From Marsupella aquatica (lineage: Eukaryota; Plantae; Marchantiophyta), in contig OZ316897.1 in assembly GCA_973895155.1 (NCBI GenBank), forward strand, positions 3,814,211 to 3,878,210: DNA of 64,000 nucleotides, in the 5' to 3' direction. The notes under the pieces are model-generated. The model was given only the letters and a program-made list of their open reading frames with translations. It did not search any database and had not been told where the DNA came from. Below, piece after piece: positions 36,915-49,924 of the stretch. A program made the position numbers and the translations under genes. Each line of letters begins with the position of its first letter. Within the stretch, counting starts at the first letter, position 1.

Positions 36915-39192
36915 GAACTCCCACGCGGCCTGATTATCCTCTTTGGAGTCTGTTGTGGAAACGTGCACACGGCTTCTTGATTTTATTGGATACATGAGAG
37001 AACACCATGCTGCATGTATGGCATCTAGGTTAGATCTAGAAGACCTCTTTCTTGTAAACTTCCAATTTTTGAAATTCTTACATCTCAATTTCAGTTCTCT
37101 GAGCTAATCATTCTAGGTGCATGATGGAGTTTCTGGTGCTGTAATACTTCTAGGTCAGTGATTGGGTAAAGAAAGGTCGAATACAAGGCTTCAATAGCCG
37201 AAAGTCGTGAGAGAATCAGCATATTGTGTAGCGCCTGGTCTAATTCTCATTTCGACCAATTTTGCAGCATCGAAGTGTTAGCGGCATTCAAAAGCGGTGA
37301 GACAAGCAAAGCAGCATGGGGTGGCAGGAAGTCATTGGGAAGAATAATCCGGGTAGTAAGTCAGCGCCGACAAATTCAGGGGTGAGGTGATGGCAATGTT
37401 CCAACTCTCAGCAGATTCTCGAACCAGCCAAGCTGTACGAGAAGCTGTCATGTGATGCCCGTCGCCATCAACAGTTTTGGCAGAATGGATGAGTTTAATC
37501 ATGTTATAGAAGTAGTAGAAGTGACCATGCAATCACGTTCATGTCTCATATTGCGAGACGGTTGTGAACAATAAAGGAACATTAAGGGTTCCCTGTGTGC
37601 CCTGCTAAAGGGTTTGCACGTCCTTTACGATAGGCAGTCATTTGGATGTACCAATTGGAATTGATCATTAGATTACAAGATAGGCAAAAGATTCAGAAGC
37701 ATTGAAGAAATTGATAGCAAGCCAGTGTTGAGTAGATACGAAAGCTGAGGAGGTAGGGTTTAGGGTTCGAACCTGGCATATTAAGACCTTTCATCATGAA
37801 ACTCTCTGCCCGTCAACTGTACATACTATGGTTGGGATACATAGTCGACTATCTATCGATACTTAACAACGGCATATGCAATACTAGGAAGGCTAGACAA
37901 TGACCAGACTACCTAATCGGGCAGTATCTAAACCTTCATGATTTCCACTACACTATGCCAGTGGAAAATTTGGGCAAGCACTCTAATTCATGTGTTCACC
38001 AGGCACATCTCTCTGCAGCTTGAGTTCAACAACTTCTAAACACACCTTCAAATTGGCCAAGCTACAAATGTTCTGATCAATTCTATAAAACGTTCCAATT
38101 GTGAATTCGCGATTTATGATTGTCTCTCAACTTGCTTTGAGTCTCTCGGCTACAGGTATGGGGCCTAAGTACATTCGAAAAAAGTTCATCTTCTATTCAT
38201 CAACTGCTTCGAAGAAGACTGCAATGACCTTGGCTTGGATTCTGCTCTTGTCAGGGTCGTTCTTGAGAATATACCGGATAGTGGACTCCTGATAGATTCT
38301 ATCTGGCAGAGAATCCACATGCATTATAGTGTGCTTCAAGCTCCCCAATTCCGCGAACTGGCGCACTAAAAACTCGGTGGCTCAATCTTTCCGCAAAACT
38401 GGGCGTCCTGGAAACTCCACTAGCCTTCTGGTAAACCCTAAACCCTGTGGCATACTAATCTACCAGGGTGCTGTCTATCTCTTCCAAGGCCACTGGGGGC
38501 AGCAAGTCCAAAGAGTGTCGATTTGGGTTGGTCAATGTGCACTGAGGTCGCAGGTAGTCCTTTTAGGAGGATAATTGTGGATTTATGCGAATGTCTATCT
38601 CTTCCTAGTCCACTGTGGCAGCAAGTCTGAAGGCGCTCTGTCTATCGCGGTGGGCCCTTGTGCACTGAGGTCGCAGGTAGTCCCCTTGGAAGGATGGCTG
38701 TGGAATAATGCGATAGTCCAGCTGTGGCGGCGAGTCTAAGGACTATGTATAGGGTGGCACTAAGGTTGCAGGCCAGTTTGGAGGGATGTTTGTGGATTGA
38801 TGCGAATTAATAATTTGAAAAGGGAGAGCCACAATCATGCAATTGGTTCTAGGTTGCGTGTCTAAACTTGCTTCCTCGTGCGAGCAAGGGCATAGGCTAA
38901 AGAGGCCAGGTGATCCGCATCTCGATCTCTGAGGTCGACGAAATTGGTGACCGGCAGCTGAAGATTCCAGGCTAGCGTCACAAATCTCATGTAAGAGCAT
39001 CTACAGCATTTACTCTACAATATGAGTGCAAAATGGGAGCATAGCCCAAAAACATAACGAGTTTGACTGGTCTTTTCTTTCGGCAGTGTTCACAAACCAG
39101 ACTAGACGTCCAGACCACACACTGAGACTGATCGAGTCAGAATAGGCCGATAATTATATTACTCTCATTTTTGAGGACAAGGATGCCACTGA

Positions 39193-40455
39193 TCAAGAAA
39201 GATTGAGAACTTCCAACAATTCAAGCCAACGTGGAGGTTCCTCATCGAATATATAAGTCAGAGGTGTTACCAACACTCCACTTCCTCCCGCAGATCTCAG
39301 TTGTCGTACTGCCTCATACAGTTGAGGTTTTGCGACGCAGATAACAACAGCATAATACTCCACCTTTGCAGTACCGTTGGTACTGGAATACACAGGACTG
39401 ACGGTGGGACCCTGGAGACCAGCTAGTTTTGAGTTCTTCAACACCCGCTCTGCAACATCCTGCTCCGAAGTGCCCCTCATGTTGGCAATAACAGTGAATT
39501 GACCCCGTGCCCGGAGATGAGCCTCTAGACGCTCCAGAAGCTCCTGAACGGCTTCCAGCACGCCCTTTCTGTCCCGCAATGCTTTCCTACTGGCAACAAA
39601 AACTCCTTGACTGGTAAGAACTTGCCCTCCTTCCAATTCCTTGAGGTTATTTTCACGGAGAGTGACTCCACTGCTGACAAGATCCAGAATAGCATCAGCT
39701 GTGCCCATTGCAGGAGCAGCTTCCAATGCTCCATCTGCTGTGGACAGAGTCACGTGCTTCAGTCCCTTCTCCTTCAAGAATTTCGTCCCCACATGCGTAA
39801 ATCCTGTGCAAATTCGAAGGGGTCTCTCTGCAGTCCACTGGGGCATAGCTGCCAGCTCCTCTAATGTGGCAATCCTATCAAATATGCCATAAGTGGGGAC
39901 CGCAAGTGACAAATGGCACTTCCCAAATCCAAGTGCATCGTGAACAATGACCAGATCCTTATCATCCTCGCCGAACTCAGCTAGAACATCATAACCCAGA
40001 ATCCCCATATCAATATCTCCGGTCCTCAGCTTCCGCACCACATCAGACTCCCTCTGAAACCACACCTCTAGGTTGTCCAGCCCCGGAATGTCAGCGATGT
40101 ATTGCCGTGGATTGACCTTCCGAACGGGGAGAGAACACTCATTCAGTAGACTGAGAGTCCCCTCCGCCATCCGCCCTTTGCTGGGCAACCCTAGCCGGAC
40201 CACACTGCGGCCCACTTCCACCTTACTCCCCGTGCTGCTGGAGTGCTGCTCAGTGGAACGAGGAGGAGACTGCTCAGTTGAAACCTTGGCACAGACACAT
40301 CTCTTCCGATTGAAGGTGCTCCGAGAGGAAGGGAAGGATTGGTGGCGCAATTGCAGTTTCAGCTGGTGATGGTGCGAGGAGGTGGTGGCAAGAGGGCAAG
40401 CGGGATTGGAGACGAGCATCATCGAGTTCATCACCGCCATGGCACCGGCCTTCAT
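39193..40455 (-). CDS. HISN1: ATP phosphoribosyltransferase, long form, plastid-targeted, intronless (~420 aa)
   Basis: Ser/Arg-rich transit peptide, then [61 protein letters not shown] and the C-terminal [10 protein letters not shown]...GGSGVLV.P. Single uninterrupted ORF; first ATG at 40455. Confidence 0.96.
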   Translation of the reverse strand: MKAGAMAVMNSMMLVSNPACPLATTSSHHHQLKLQLRHQSFPSSRSTFNRKRCVCAKVSTEQSPPRSTEQHSSSTGSKVEVGRSVVRLGLPSKGRMAEGTLSLLNECSLPVRKVNPRQYIADIPGLDNLEVWFQRESDVVRKLRTGDIDMGILGYDVLAEFGEDDKDLVIVHDALGFGKCHLSLAVPTYGIFDRIATLEELAAMPQWTAERPLRICTGFTHVGTKFLKEKGLKHVTLSTADGALEAAPAMGTADAILDLVSSGVTLRENNLKELEGGQVLTSQGVFVASRKALRDRKGVLEAVQELLERLEAHLRARGQFTVIANMRGTSEQDVAERVLKNSKLAGLQGPTVSPVYSSTNGTAKVEYYAVVICVAKPQLYEAVRQLRSAGGSGVLVTPLTYIFDEEPPRWLELLEVLNLS

Positions 40456-41052
40456 TCCACCCAAAGCTTTGGATTTCCGTCAGTGATGAAACAATTGGTT
40501 GATTGCTCGTGTACACTGACTGACTGCGAGGCAATGCGGCAATGAATGAATGGAGTGGGAGCGGACTGAATGATGGAGTGGAGATCGGAGCTGGAGTGAC
40601 AAAAGCTGATGAGTGAGCTCCCACAGCAGCAGACAGGAAGGGACGAAGAGATGAGAAGTCGATCGACGGAAAAACCCTCTCTCGAGAGTTTAGGCATGTT
40701 TTTTACGTTCCCCACTTAGAAACGAATTTGAAGCCAGGATGGACCTCCACGTTTGCCAAAAGGCTTGGATAGCTTTTAGTTACCCCAATTACCTGCAGCG
40801 AAACCTTCGTTCTGCTCATGTAGTACAGATTCTACAGAGATGAAATGTGGCAAAGAGAAGGTGAAACTAGGCTTTGAAGTTTTGTAGGTCTTTCAATTCT
40901 CAATCAAATTTAAATTTGACCAAAATAGCATCATTGGAAAGATATTTCCAAAAAGTTGTTGAGGAACTCAAAAAATAAGGTTCTATTGGATGTAGAGTGA
41001 GATATTAAACGTCAAAATTAGTTACTGAAACATTTTGGAAGGGTAAAGTGTG

Positions 41053-41310
41053 GGCAGTGAGTGATGGATTGATCTTTTGAAATTTATGACTCTCTCAATT
41101 ATGCATGAAAACTAGGACCATTAGACTTTTTGGAAATATTTTTCCAAGCCCCTTCTAACCAGCCCAAGAAGTGCCAATTGCAGGCAGTGAGTGATGGATT
41201 GACCTTTCTAAATTCATGACTCTCTGAATTATGAATGAAACTAAGACCACTAAACTTTTTGGAAAGATCTTTCCAAGGGGCTTCTAACCAGCCCAAGAGA
41301 GCCAATTGCA
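41053..41310. repeat. Diverged tandem duplication (~130 bp x2) in repeat DNA upstream of HISN1
   Basis: ggcagtgagtgatggattga...ttctaaccagcccaaga..gccaattgca occurs twice. Confidence 0.8.
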
Positions 41311-42319
41311 CAGGACACAAAGGAAGATATTGAAGGTCTAACTTTGCTTGTCAACTTTGAAAAGTTTGTCAAAGCCAGGAGGGTGTCAATGAGTGGAAAT
41401 GTAGAAAGGTGCCACAACTCATCTGGGTTGGATAGTTCAGGGGCTTGGTCCATGGGAGCATTACTTTCCCTACAGTCACACAGACCCTTTTGTCCCAATC
41501 TGACAATGAAAAACAATTGAGGAAAATTAGATAAGGATTAGTCCTAGCCTCTTCTACTTCAGCCTCGGAATGTCAGCAATGTATTGCCTGAGAGAGAAGA
41601 AAGTGACCTAATATTTAGTTGGTGGGAGCTGTTTCTTCTAAACTGTTGTCTACCCTACATGTAATAGAGTGGGGCCCAAGTCTTGCTTATGTGGAGCACA
41701 TTTTTGTCCCAATTTCTAGACTTCCTATATTGGAGGTCGATCTCTTCATTTGGCCGCTTTGGTCCATTAAAAGTGGACCCACAGGTCCTTCACCAGATTG
41801 TTCTCCCTGTGCTGTTGGATTGTTACTGCTCTAGCCGCAATGCAATGGCGGCCACCACAAAATGCAACTCCAAGACTGACATGAAAACCTCTGAACCAAC
41901 TTCTTCCGAGGCTTTGTTGACTTCACTGGGGTTGCTTGCTTGTTCATCGTCCTTAAAGCGCCAATGTCCACGACAAAACCTGGATCCACCAGGTTTCACC
42001 ATTTTAAGAACATTTTTCCTAAAAATGTGCAGCAAAGTCTCACACTAGAGGAGAGAAACCTGAAAAGTGAGAAGTCTTGGACACTTCTCCTTTTATAAGG
42101 ACAGTCCAGAAATAATTCTTCTGGACTTTCCTTTCTCTAAAGTCTAACACTAAGCTGGTCACAATTCCCCCCACCTGCTGCAATGAAACTAACTCCAATT
42201 TAGAGAGGCTCTAAATTTGAGGATTATCATTTGGTAAAGAGCCATCAATATAAAGTTCTGTGTCTCCTTGGTGTAACAGTTGAATGATTCTCGTTTGCAC
42301 ATGCTCTTCATCTAGAGAT

Positions 42320-43310
42320 ATGTGCACTAAAATTGTCCCTAGAAAAAGTGTTAGTCTAATCGTTGTTGTCTTAACACAGACTAACCGTTTTACTAGGGAC
42401 CATTTTAGTGCACAGATCTCTTCCCGTCAGGTTCCGTTTTGGGACTCTCCTTTGCGGTTTACTCCGGAGCTCTACCAGGCTTTTCAGTTCTCCGCTCAGT
42501 AGGGTATTAGCTTTCACAACTCCTTTCTTGGTTACTTTTGCGTTGGTTTTTGGGTTAGGGACCCCTTGGCATGTTTTTTCTTGGGGCCCTTTCCTCTCTT
42601 GTCCTCCCCTTCAGTGGGTTGTTTTGTCTTTGGGATCTTCAGTGGGTTGCTTTGTCTTTGAGATCTTGTCTCCCGGTTTGGCGTTTTTGCCCTTGGGCAC
42701 TGTGTTATATATATTCTAGTGTAGTTACATATTTGCACATTTGAAACAACACATTCCTAACTTAGTCTTTCCTAACTCCATTAGGAGTGGGAATCTTGTA
42801 TCCACTTTCATTCCATAAATTTCATTTGAGCTATTCAAGAATTCATTGTCTTGAACTATTCTTCTCTATCAGTTCATGTTTTCCACCCGGTATCAGAGTA
42901 ATGTTTCCTTTTCCTGGGAGGATAGAGTAGTAGGGACTCCTACTCAGATCCTCTCAATCAATATCAGTGGCTCCAACATCAAGTTCGTGAATTTGCTATT
43001 CTCTCGTCTCTATAATCATATTCTCTGCAAAATTGATCAATGTCCGAGAGTTCTTCTTCGATCCTACCTGATTTTTCACAGATATTTCCTAGTCAAACAT
43101 CTCACAATGATGAAAACCAGCATGCTCTTCAAAATTGATAATCTTGCCAAATTTGATGGGACTTATTGCTATGTCTGACAATTTCGCATGAAGCTGTTTC
43201 TTGACACCAAAGAATTAGAAGGCATCGTTCGTGGTACCACTCCTAACCCAACAGCTGCAACCGCTCCCAACAAGAGTAAGGAGTATTCAGAACTGGGATA
43301 CATTCAGCAA
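42320..43310 (+). mobile_element. Copia 5' end (LTR part, PBS, gag N-terminus), with an insertion in the LTR
   Basis: tRNA-Met-type PBS ggtatcagag at 42889-42898. Gag start MKTSMLFKIDNLAKFDGTYCYV*QFRMKLFLDTKELEGIVRG. The 5' boundary is approximate. Confidence 0.8.
42424..42713 (+). mobile_element. ~290-bp insertion in the LTR, probably the 3' end of a 5'-truncated non-LTR retroelement
   Basis: Absent from the sister LTR, which reads agatcacttctggtgtagtt. Here agatctc[TTC]...insert...[TTC]tagtgtagtt. The insert has an ORF end (FWDSPLRFTPELYQAFQFSAQ*), a T-rich UTR and a (TA)n tail. Confidence 0.65.
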
Positions 43311-43659
43311 TGCAAAAATTGCTGCTGAAGCTAGATCCATTTTGGACACCTTATACCCAGCACAAGATGCCAAATTGCTGCTGAAGCTAGATCCATTTTG
43401 GACACATAAACCCAGCACAAGATGCCGTGACCAAGATGCACTTGCAGGACGAGCTCCAGACACACAAAATGAAGGAGACAGGTGTCGTCCATCAATTTCG
43501 CACATTTGATTGACCCAACTTTCCATATAACCATGGGTTGACGTGGTGGAGATAAGACAGCTTCTCCTAACTGATATAAATTATTAAGGAGATGGCAGGT
43601 TGTGATAAACTCGCAGGGAGTATTCATAGGAGTGCTGATATGATGGACTTGAAAATTGT

Positions 43660-44395
43660 CTAGTCGAGTCTCTGTGAATGATAAGGCATTCTTGTTGAAT
43701 GTATCCCATTCTTGAATACTCCCTACTACCGTTGCGGGAGCAGTTCCTGCTGTCTGCTTGGGAATGGTACCATCACCAATACATCCTAATTCTTAGGGTT
43801 CAAGAAACAGCTTCATTTGAAATCGCCAAATATAGTAATAAGCCCAATCAAATTTGGGAGTGTGATGAATTTTGAGGAGCATGCTAGTTTTCACCATTGT
43901 GAAATGATGAACTAAAAATCTCGGAGAAATCAGGCAGGATCACAGAGAATATGAATTGAGAGAAAGACAAAACAGCAAATTCGCTAGAATTTGATGTTCG
44001 AGCCACTGATATTAGAATGAGAGGATTCAAATAGAAGGCATCCCTACTACTCTAGAATGTTGAGTCCCTCTACGTCTATCCTCATTGACAAGAAAAACTG
44101 TAGTGACTAAGAACAGTGCTCTGATACCATGTCAAAAGCATGAACTGATAGAGAAGAATAGATCGAGACAGTGAATGTTTAAAATGCTTGAAATGCTATT
44201 GAATGAATGAAAGCCCATACAAGATTCCTACTTCTGATAGAGTAAAGAAAGACTAAGTTAGGAATGTGTCTTTTCAAATATGAAACTACACCAGAAGTGA
44301 TCTATGGCCAAAAATTGTCCCTGGTATAACGGTTAATCTAATCTGTTCATGTAGAGTGATCCGTGTGAGGACTACAGAAATTAATCAACTAACAC
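43660..44395 (-). mobile_element. Second copia 5' end of the same family, in inverted orientation
   Basis: The minus-strand LTR ends in CA at 44130 and is followed by PBS TGGTATCAGAGC (44129-44118). Gag reads MVKTSMLLKIHHTPKFDWAYYYIWRFQMKLFL. It aligns with the plus-strand copy. Confidence 0.82.
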
Positions 44396-44971
44396 AAAAC
44401 TAGCACTAGTAAACTGATTTATTTCGTTGATCTACAATAATATAACAAGAACAACGTAGTCCAAAGACATCGAGTCTTATTCTCAATGACTCCAGATGAC
44501 AATTGCACAGAAACAAGCCGCCAGAATAATACCTGGTCCAGGTATAAGTGAGAACTGTTGCTATTAAGGATACGGCCGCGGAACGAATCCGATGTGCAGC
44601 TGGAATCAAGTGTGACCTTTTTTTAGTTCCAGCATCGACAACAGAATCATCAGCTCAACCCAGAGGCAGCTTTAAGCGAATACTTTAATCCTCGGGAGGA
44701 AGGATGCAGGAACACTGCTTCTAATTACGATACGCAAAACATCCCCGAACAATAACTTTAATCATCCGATTCCAACCCCTATCGTCTTGCAAGACCGCCA
44801 ACTACACGAAACGTATAACAGTAGAAAGCTGGTTGTACAAGTTCAATGTAATAATGAATTCCAGGTACCCTTCTAAGAATGAGAGCAAAACGACGCAACA
44901 ATTATGCTCTTAGTACTGTCCCCGCCTGGTCATTGTATTCATTTCCGAAGAATTGAGCGTCCCTCAAAAAT

Positions 44972-46802
44972 TTAAAGGCCATATCCAAACACAGCACGGA
45001 TCTTGTGGAAAATTAGATCCCGCCACCCCTTTCGTGTGTTCTCAACGACAGTGGCATTGCCATACCTGTCACACACAGCAAGTGCCGACGTCAAAAACAG
45101 AGTCAAGATTCCACTACAAGGGCTGAATCAGAGAAGCAATTGGTGAGGTCCGACAAGACAACCACGGAATCAATAGTCTGATAAATGCAACTCACCTGTC
45201 CTCCTCGGGGATATCCGAGTGTGTTAGTTTCACTATTGTAGTACCAATTTCAGGTTCCTCAAATATCAGAGTGACCTGCACAATACCCCGAACAAAGAGC
45301 CATTATTATTGCAATCCCTGGCACAAACTTGTTGACTCGAAAGAGCTCACAAAACTTCTACGTCAAGGATTTTGTGTCACTACAAGTCAACCGCCTTGGT
45401 TCACCGAGTAAGGTTCGACACTATTTCCTCCTTACCCCCAGGACGCTAAAAGGAGATCCCGGGAATCGAACTTGGTCAATAGCTTACTGGGGGAGTTCAG
45501 GTGCGAGATGATATGCCATGACTACAATAGTTTCGTGGATCCCATTAAAATTGCTGAAAATTTACTAAAGCTTTTCTTGGCTCGGTTGCGTGAACCTTTG
45601 GTAATTGGGACCAACTTAACACATCGGTTTACAAAATCGATGTGGAACAATCAGGTTCAACAGTCTGAAGTAGAATAGCAAATTTCTTTGGAAGCACCGT
45701 CGCAATCCTTTTCCACCCTGAGATTATCCTTGGAAAGTACTAATCCATTCGAGTGCTATTTACCCAATTCCACAAACTCTCTCGAGGGGAACAGAGTGAA
45801 CATGATTTGTTTCACCAAGACTGCAGCAGCGAACCCTAGAACATCTTCCACTCATGCAGGGAAGTTGGATAACTACATGGTCACATTTTGACAGGAGTTG
45901 ACCAATGCACATAGTGTACTCACATTTGAATTCAATCCATCGGGCCAGCTTCCGAACCGCCAAGTTTGTTTGATAAGCTTGTCTTCTTGCAATTCAGTGT
46001 TAACTCCTGTTATCGATCCATCAAAAATCGAGAAGGACCCTCCAACCTCTTTGCTGACAACGGCCTTACTCTGCGTAAAGCCCTTCCATCTGTTTTCGTC
46101 TAAAAGTGTGGAGTAGATATCTCTGGGTCGACAGTGGAACTTCTCCACCAAAGTGATAGTCTTGAAACCTTCTTTCTCTTTCTTCTTAGGTGCCGGCTTT
46201 GGCACAGTTTTCGCAGGGACGATATCTGGTAAGGCTTTCTCCCCCTTCCCCGCTGCCGCACCCTTAACCGGTGCTTTCTGTTCTAGCTCATCCTTCGCTG
46301 GCCCTCCTGCAGTCATCTCCTTCACGTAAATCAAAACCTTCTGCAGGACTAAGGACTTTCCCTTGGCGAGAAACGCGTCCTTAAACCGCTGACCAAGTGA
46401 GGTCTCATCAAGAACCGCAATCTTAACCTCAGGCTCATCATCCGCATTCTCATCGGCGATGTAGGGGAATTCCACTGTCCCTTGCACTCTCGACAGCACT
46501 TTTCCTTCACCGTCCTTCGCTTCTCCAGTCCAGCTAACCCGCAGCTTCAACTCGTAGCCTGGAATGATCTTACCTTTTCTAATATTTACGTACGCCTCTC
46601 CAGTCAAACTCTCGACAGTCGTGATGTTGATCCACAAGCCTCCCTCCCCGGACATTATTGACAGGTTATTAAAAAGCTCTTCGAACCTCTTCTTCGACCA
46701 CTCCATGCAATCCTTCTCGGACCAGTGCCAGTTGTGAACGTTCGCCCCATCCTTTCTGTCCTCCACAATCCACCTCTTGTCTCCTTCCCCGAACTTCGCC
46801 AT
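44972..46802 (-). CDS. AHA1: Activator of Hsp90 ATPase; exons 46802-45924, 45275-45196, 45065-44972 (~350 aa)
   Basis: MAKFGEGDKRWIVEDR.DG.NVHNWHW, YVNIRKGKIIPGYEL, and an AHSA1 domain with WRFGSWPDG. GT-AG introns are phase-consistent. C-terminus GWRDLIFHKIRAVFGYGL*. Confidence 0.96.
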
Positions 46803-47625
46803 CACTTCCCTCCCCTCACTCAACCAGTCCTCAAAGACTGTTTTCACAAGCCAATGAAGCAATGCTGGAGCCTGGAGGGAGCAAATCTGAGACCTTTCTA
46901 CGTCACCCTTCCGGCCAACAATGCTGCCTATATTAGCCGCTACGCCTCCGACTAAAAAATTCCAAAACAGCACATCCCAGTGAGTGAGAATATGATCAAG
47001 CAAATTTCGATCCCGACCACACTAGTGGGAGCTCAACCGGACCCCAGGCGGCAGAATCAGCCTCGCCTGACAGGCAACAAGAAGACCCAAACCTATCTCA
47101 CCGGCAAGCTTAACAAAGTGCCACAAAACTCCATTCCCTTCCAGCAACAGAATGATTGCCGTAGAAAAACGAAGAGAAAGGGCCAGAAATACACACACCT
47201 TCCGGAATTCGAAGGTGCCAACAAGACGCCGAGATGCCGTGATTCCAGATTCCAGATTCGAGTACCGAGCAGAGGGAGGAGGGTGATGAGTGCCCTAATG
47301 CCGCATCCGAGTATCTAAATTCACAAAACTCCCCCACACTTTTTGCAGCCAGAATCGCCACCAGTGCACGAAAAACCAAACGATCACAACGAGAGATCGC
47401 TTACAGAAGCTGGTTAGGTGATCGATTCACATGCTACAGGAGGGAGTATTGAGGAGAAATGCGTCAAATGTGCAAAGCGCTCCCGCAGACACAAGGCAGA
47501 GGAGGACGAGGTCGCGACGAAGAGAGACGAGAAGAGACGAGAGGCAAAACGGAGGAGAGCGTTCGAGAGAATTCGGGAAAGAACCGACGGACAAGACTCG
47601 AGAGTCTTCCTGAGCTTTATTTGGT

Positions 47626-48037
47626 ACAGCTTTTTATTAACCTGTCCCCCAAACTAACCCATATTAATAACATATCTCCGAAACAAAAGTTTATCAGTCT
47701 TCCCCCCATTTTGTGAACTGGTTAGTAAAAACTTAAGACCTGTTTCCCACTGCCATGTGGCCAGGCATCATTGGCTAGCCTCAACCAGCTGCGACCCCCC
47801 TCGGTCCGCTTTCCCTGTTGCAGGGCCCATGACTATGCCCTGCAATGAGGAAGGGGAAGGGGGACTGATCGAGGGTGTCACGGCGGGTTAAGGATTGCCA
47901 ATGGCAACAAGAACCCGGTCATGAGTTAATACTGAGGTTCCTGCATACGAAATGGGGGCCGGGTTGATAATTAACTTGATTTTGGGGACACATTAGTAAT
48001 ATGGGATAGTTTGGGGGACAGGTTGCTAAAGAGCTGT
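47626..48037. mobile_element. Foldback MITE (~410 bp) immediately upstream of AHA1
   Basis: Left aacctgtcccccaaactaacccatattaataa pairs with right ttagtaatatgggatagtttgggggacaggtt. Inner arms also pair (cattggc..ctcggtc / gatcgag..gccaatg; ttgcagggc / gccctgcaa). Confidence 0.8.
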
Positions 48038-49146
48038 TATGTGGTATTCCTGTCTGATATGAGATTAGTGTATCGTGTCTAAGGGAATCAGGTATTCCTG
48101 TCCCATACAAGTTTGTCCTAGAATTGTATAGTGTACAATATGAGGGTTGCTTTACAAGAAGTGAAGGGTCATGAGGGAGGCTCAAAGCTTGATTGACCTT
48201 AACTCAGTAGTAAAGGTAAGTGAGAAGCTAAGCTTAGAGACAACAAAATTTATGGACTACCAATATCTATAATAATCCATAGTATTGCCATAAAGATTAG
48301 TTATATGCCATGACTATAAGTCACTATAGAGGCTAGTGAAAAACATTAAATTTACATAACCCTGTGGAAAGGTTATGGCCACTTGCTTATGGTTAAAAGC
48401 CATTGTTTGCAACTTTGATTCTTCGAAGCTTTGTGAGGACCTATTGTTGCTATTTATCAATAGTGTGTGTGTCAAAGTACAGTCATAATCAAGGTCTTAT
48501 GACTGTAATTAATTAGCCGTAAACAACCTGTCCCTACAGACATCCACTTTTTGGAAGTCTCATCTTTACAGGGCACCCGTCTAGGTATTGCCTAAGGTTT
48601 TTTTTCCGGGCCAAAAAACAATTCACTGTTGTTGGCTATATCTCACGGCCTTGTCTTGACACGCCATATTCTCTTGAGATTAAATTGGACCATACCTATA
48701 CATATGTAAACACTCTAATAGACAACCTAGTTTTTATTTTATTCATGATTAGTTTATGAAATGTCATTCTGACGGACAGGGTCACTCATGATTGAAATAT
48801 GATGACATTCTCCCATAACCATGAGACAAAAGGGCACCTCTTCCGCGCCCAGCCCATCAATTTCCCCAACCTGCACACTTCTTGAAATTTGGTTCCCAGG
48901 CTCCACAATGTGAGTCGACTGGTCATCTCATATATTTTCAATAACACTTCCATTCAACATCACTTACTACCAACAATACTATGAAGTGCAGAGGCATTGG
49001 ACCATTATTTGATAGTGAAGTCTACCGTCCATGACCTGCTATGTAAAGTGAAGCCACAGCCCATAAACTTTCTTAAAACATTTTTTAATTTAATATTTAG
49101 ATATTTTTGTGAGTAAGGAAAAGTTTAGGGTTTACGGCATGTGGAT

Positions 49147-49445
49147 TTGGGTTAGGGAGCCCTTCCTATGCAAATGCACTGGTGTTGGGCTATTGGGCTA
49201 GTAATGAGTGGAACTGGCTGAGGGTGGCTATGTAAGTAATTGGGAGGCGGTTCAACTGGTGTCTACCAATCCTCCATGGCAAGCAGAGGGCCCAAGGAAA
49301 TGTTATGCATAGTTACCCCTTACTATGCAAATGCACTGGTATTGGGCTATTAATGAGTGGGACCTATGCAAGTACTTGGGAGGTGGTTACATTCAATGGT
49401 GTCTACCTATCCTCTATGGCAAGCATAGGTCCCAAGGAAATATTG
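49147..49445. repeat. Diverged near-tandem duplication
   Basis: ctatgcaaatgcactggt..aatgagtgg..ttgggagg..ggtgtctacc..atggcaagca..cccaaggaaat occurs twice. Confidence 0.75.
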
Positions 49446-49924
49446 ATGTGGAGTACTTATTATTTGGTCTAAAACTTTTTCAAACTTTGGCCCCTTCATT
49501 CCAAGAAAGAAGAAAATAACCAATCTATCAACAAGGGGCAAACAATGCACAATGAGTAAGGGGAAAGAGGTAACAAAAAGAGGTCCATAACTTAACCTTG
49601 TAGTTAAGGTACATAAATTTTGAAGTTTTTGAACCCTAATTTTTCAAATAGTTGTCTGACCAAATTTCCAAGAATCAAGTTTTGGAGTTGAGACCAGGTA
49701 CATAAGTTCTGAAGTTTGAGACTAGGTACATAAGTTCTGAAGTTTGAGACCCCTCTAGTAAGATATTCCACAAAGTTTTCAGATCATACTCTGAAGAATG
49801 ACATTAGAACTTTAACAACGCAGTCATATATTGCAATCAGATTTAGTCAGTTCAATTGACCCGAAAAGAGGTATTTGCTTGATGGGACACCAAAAGCAAA
49901 TGTTTGGTGATCCTGTGAGGTTTT

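Noticed and set aside
41823-42035. RGHWR motif resembling the start of a MYB repeat
   Set aside because: No further MYB residues or tryptophan spacing follow in the frames examined.
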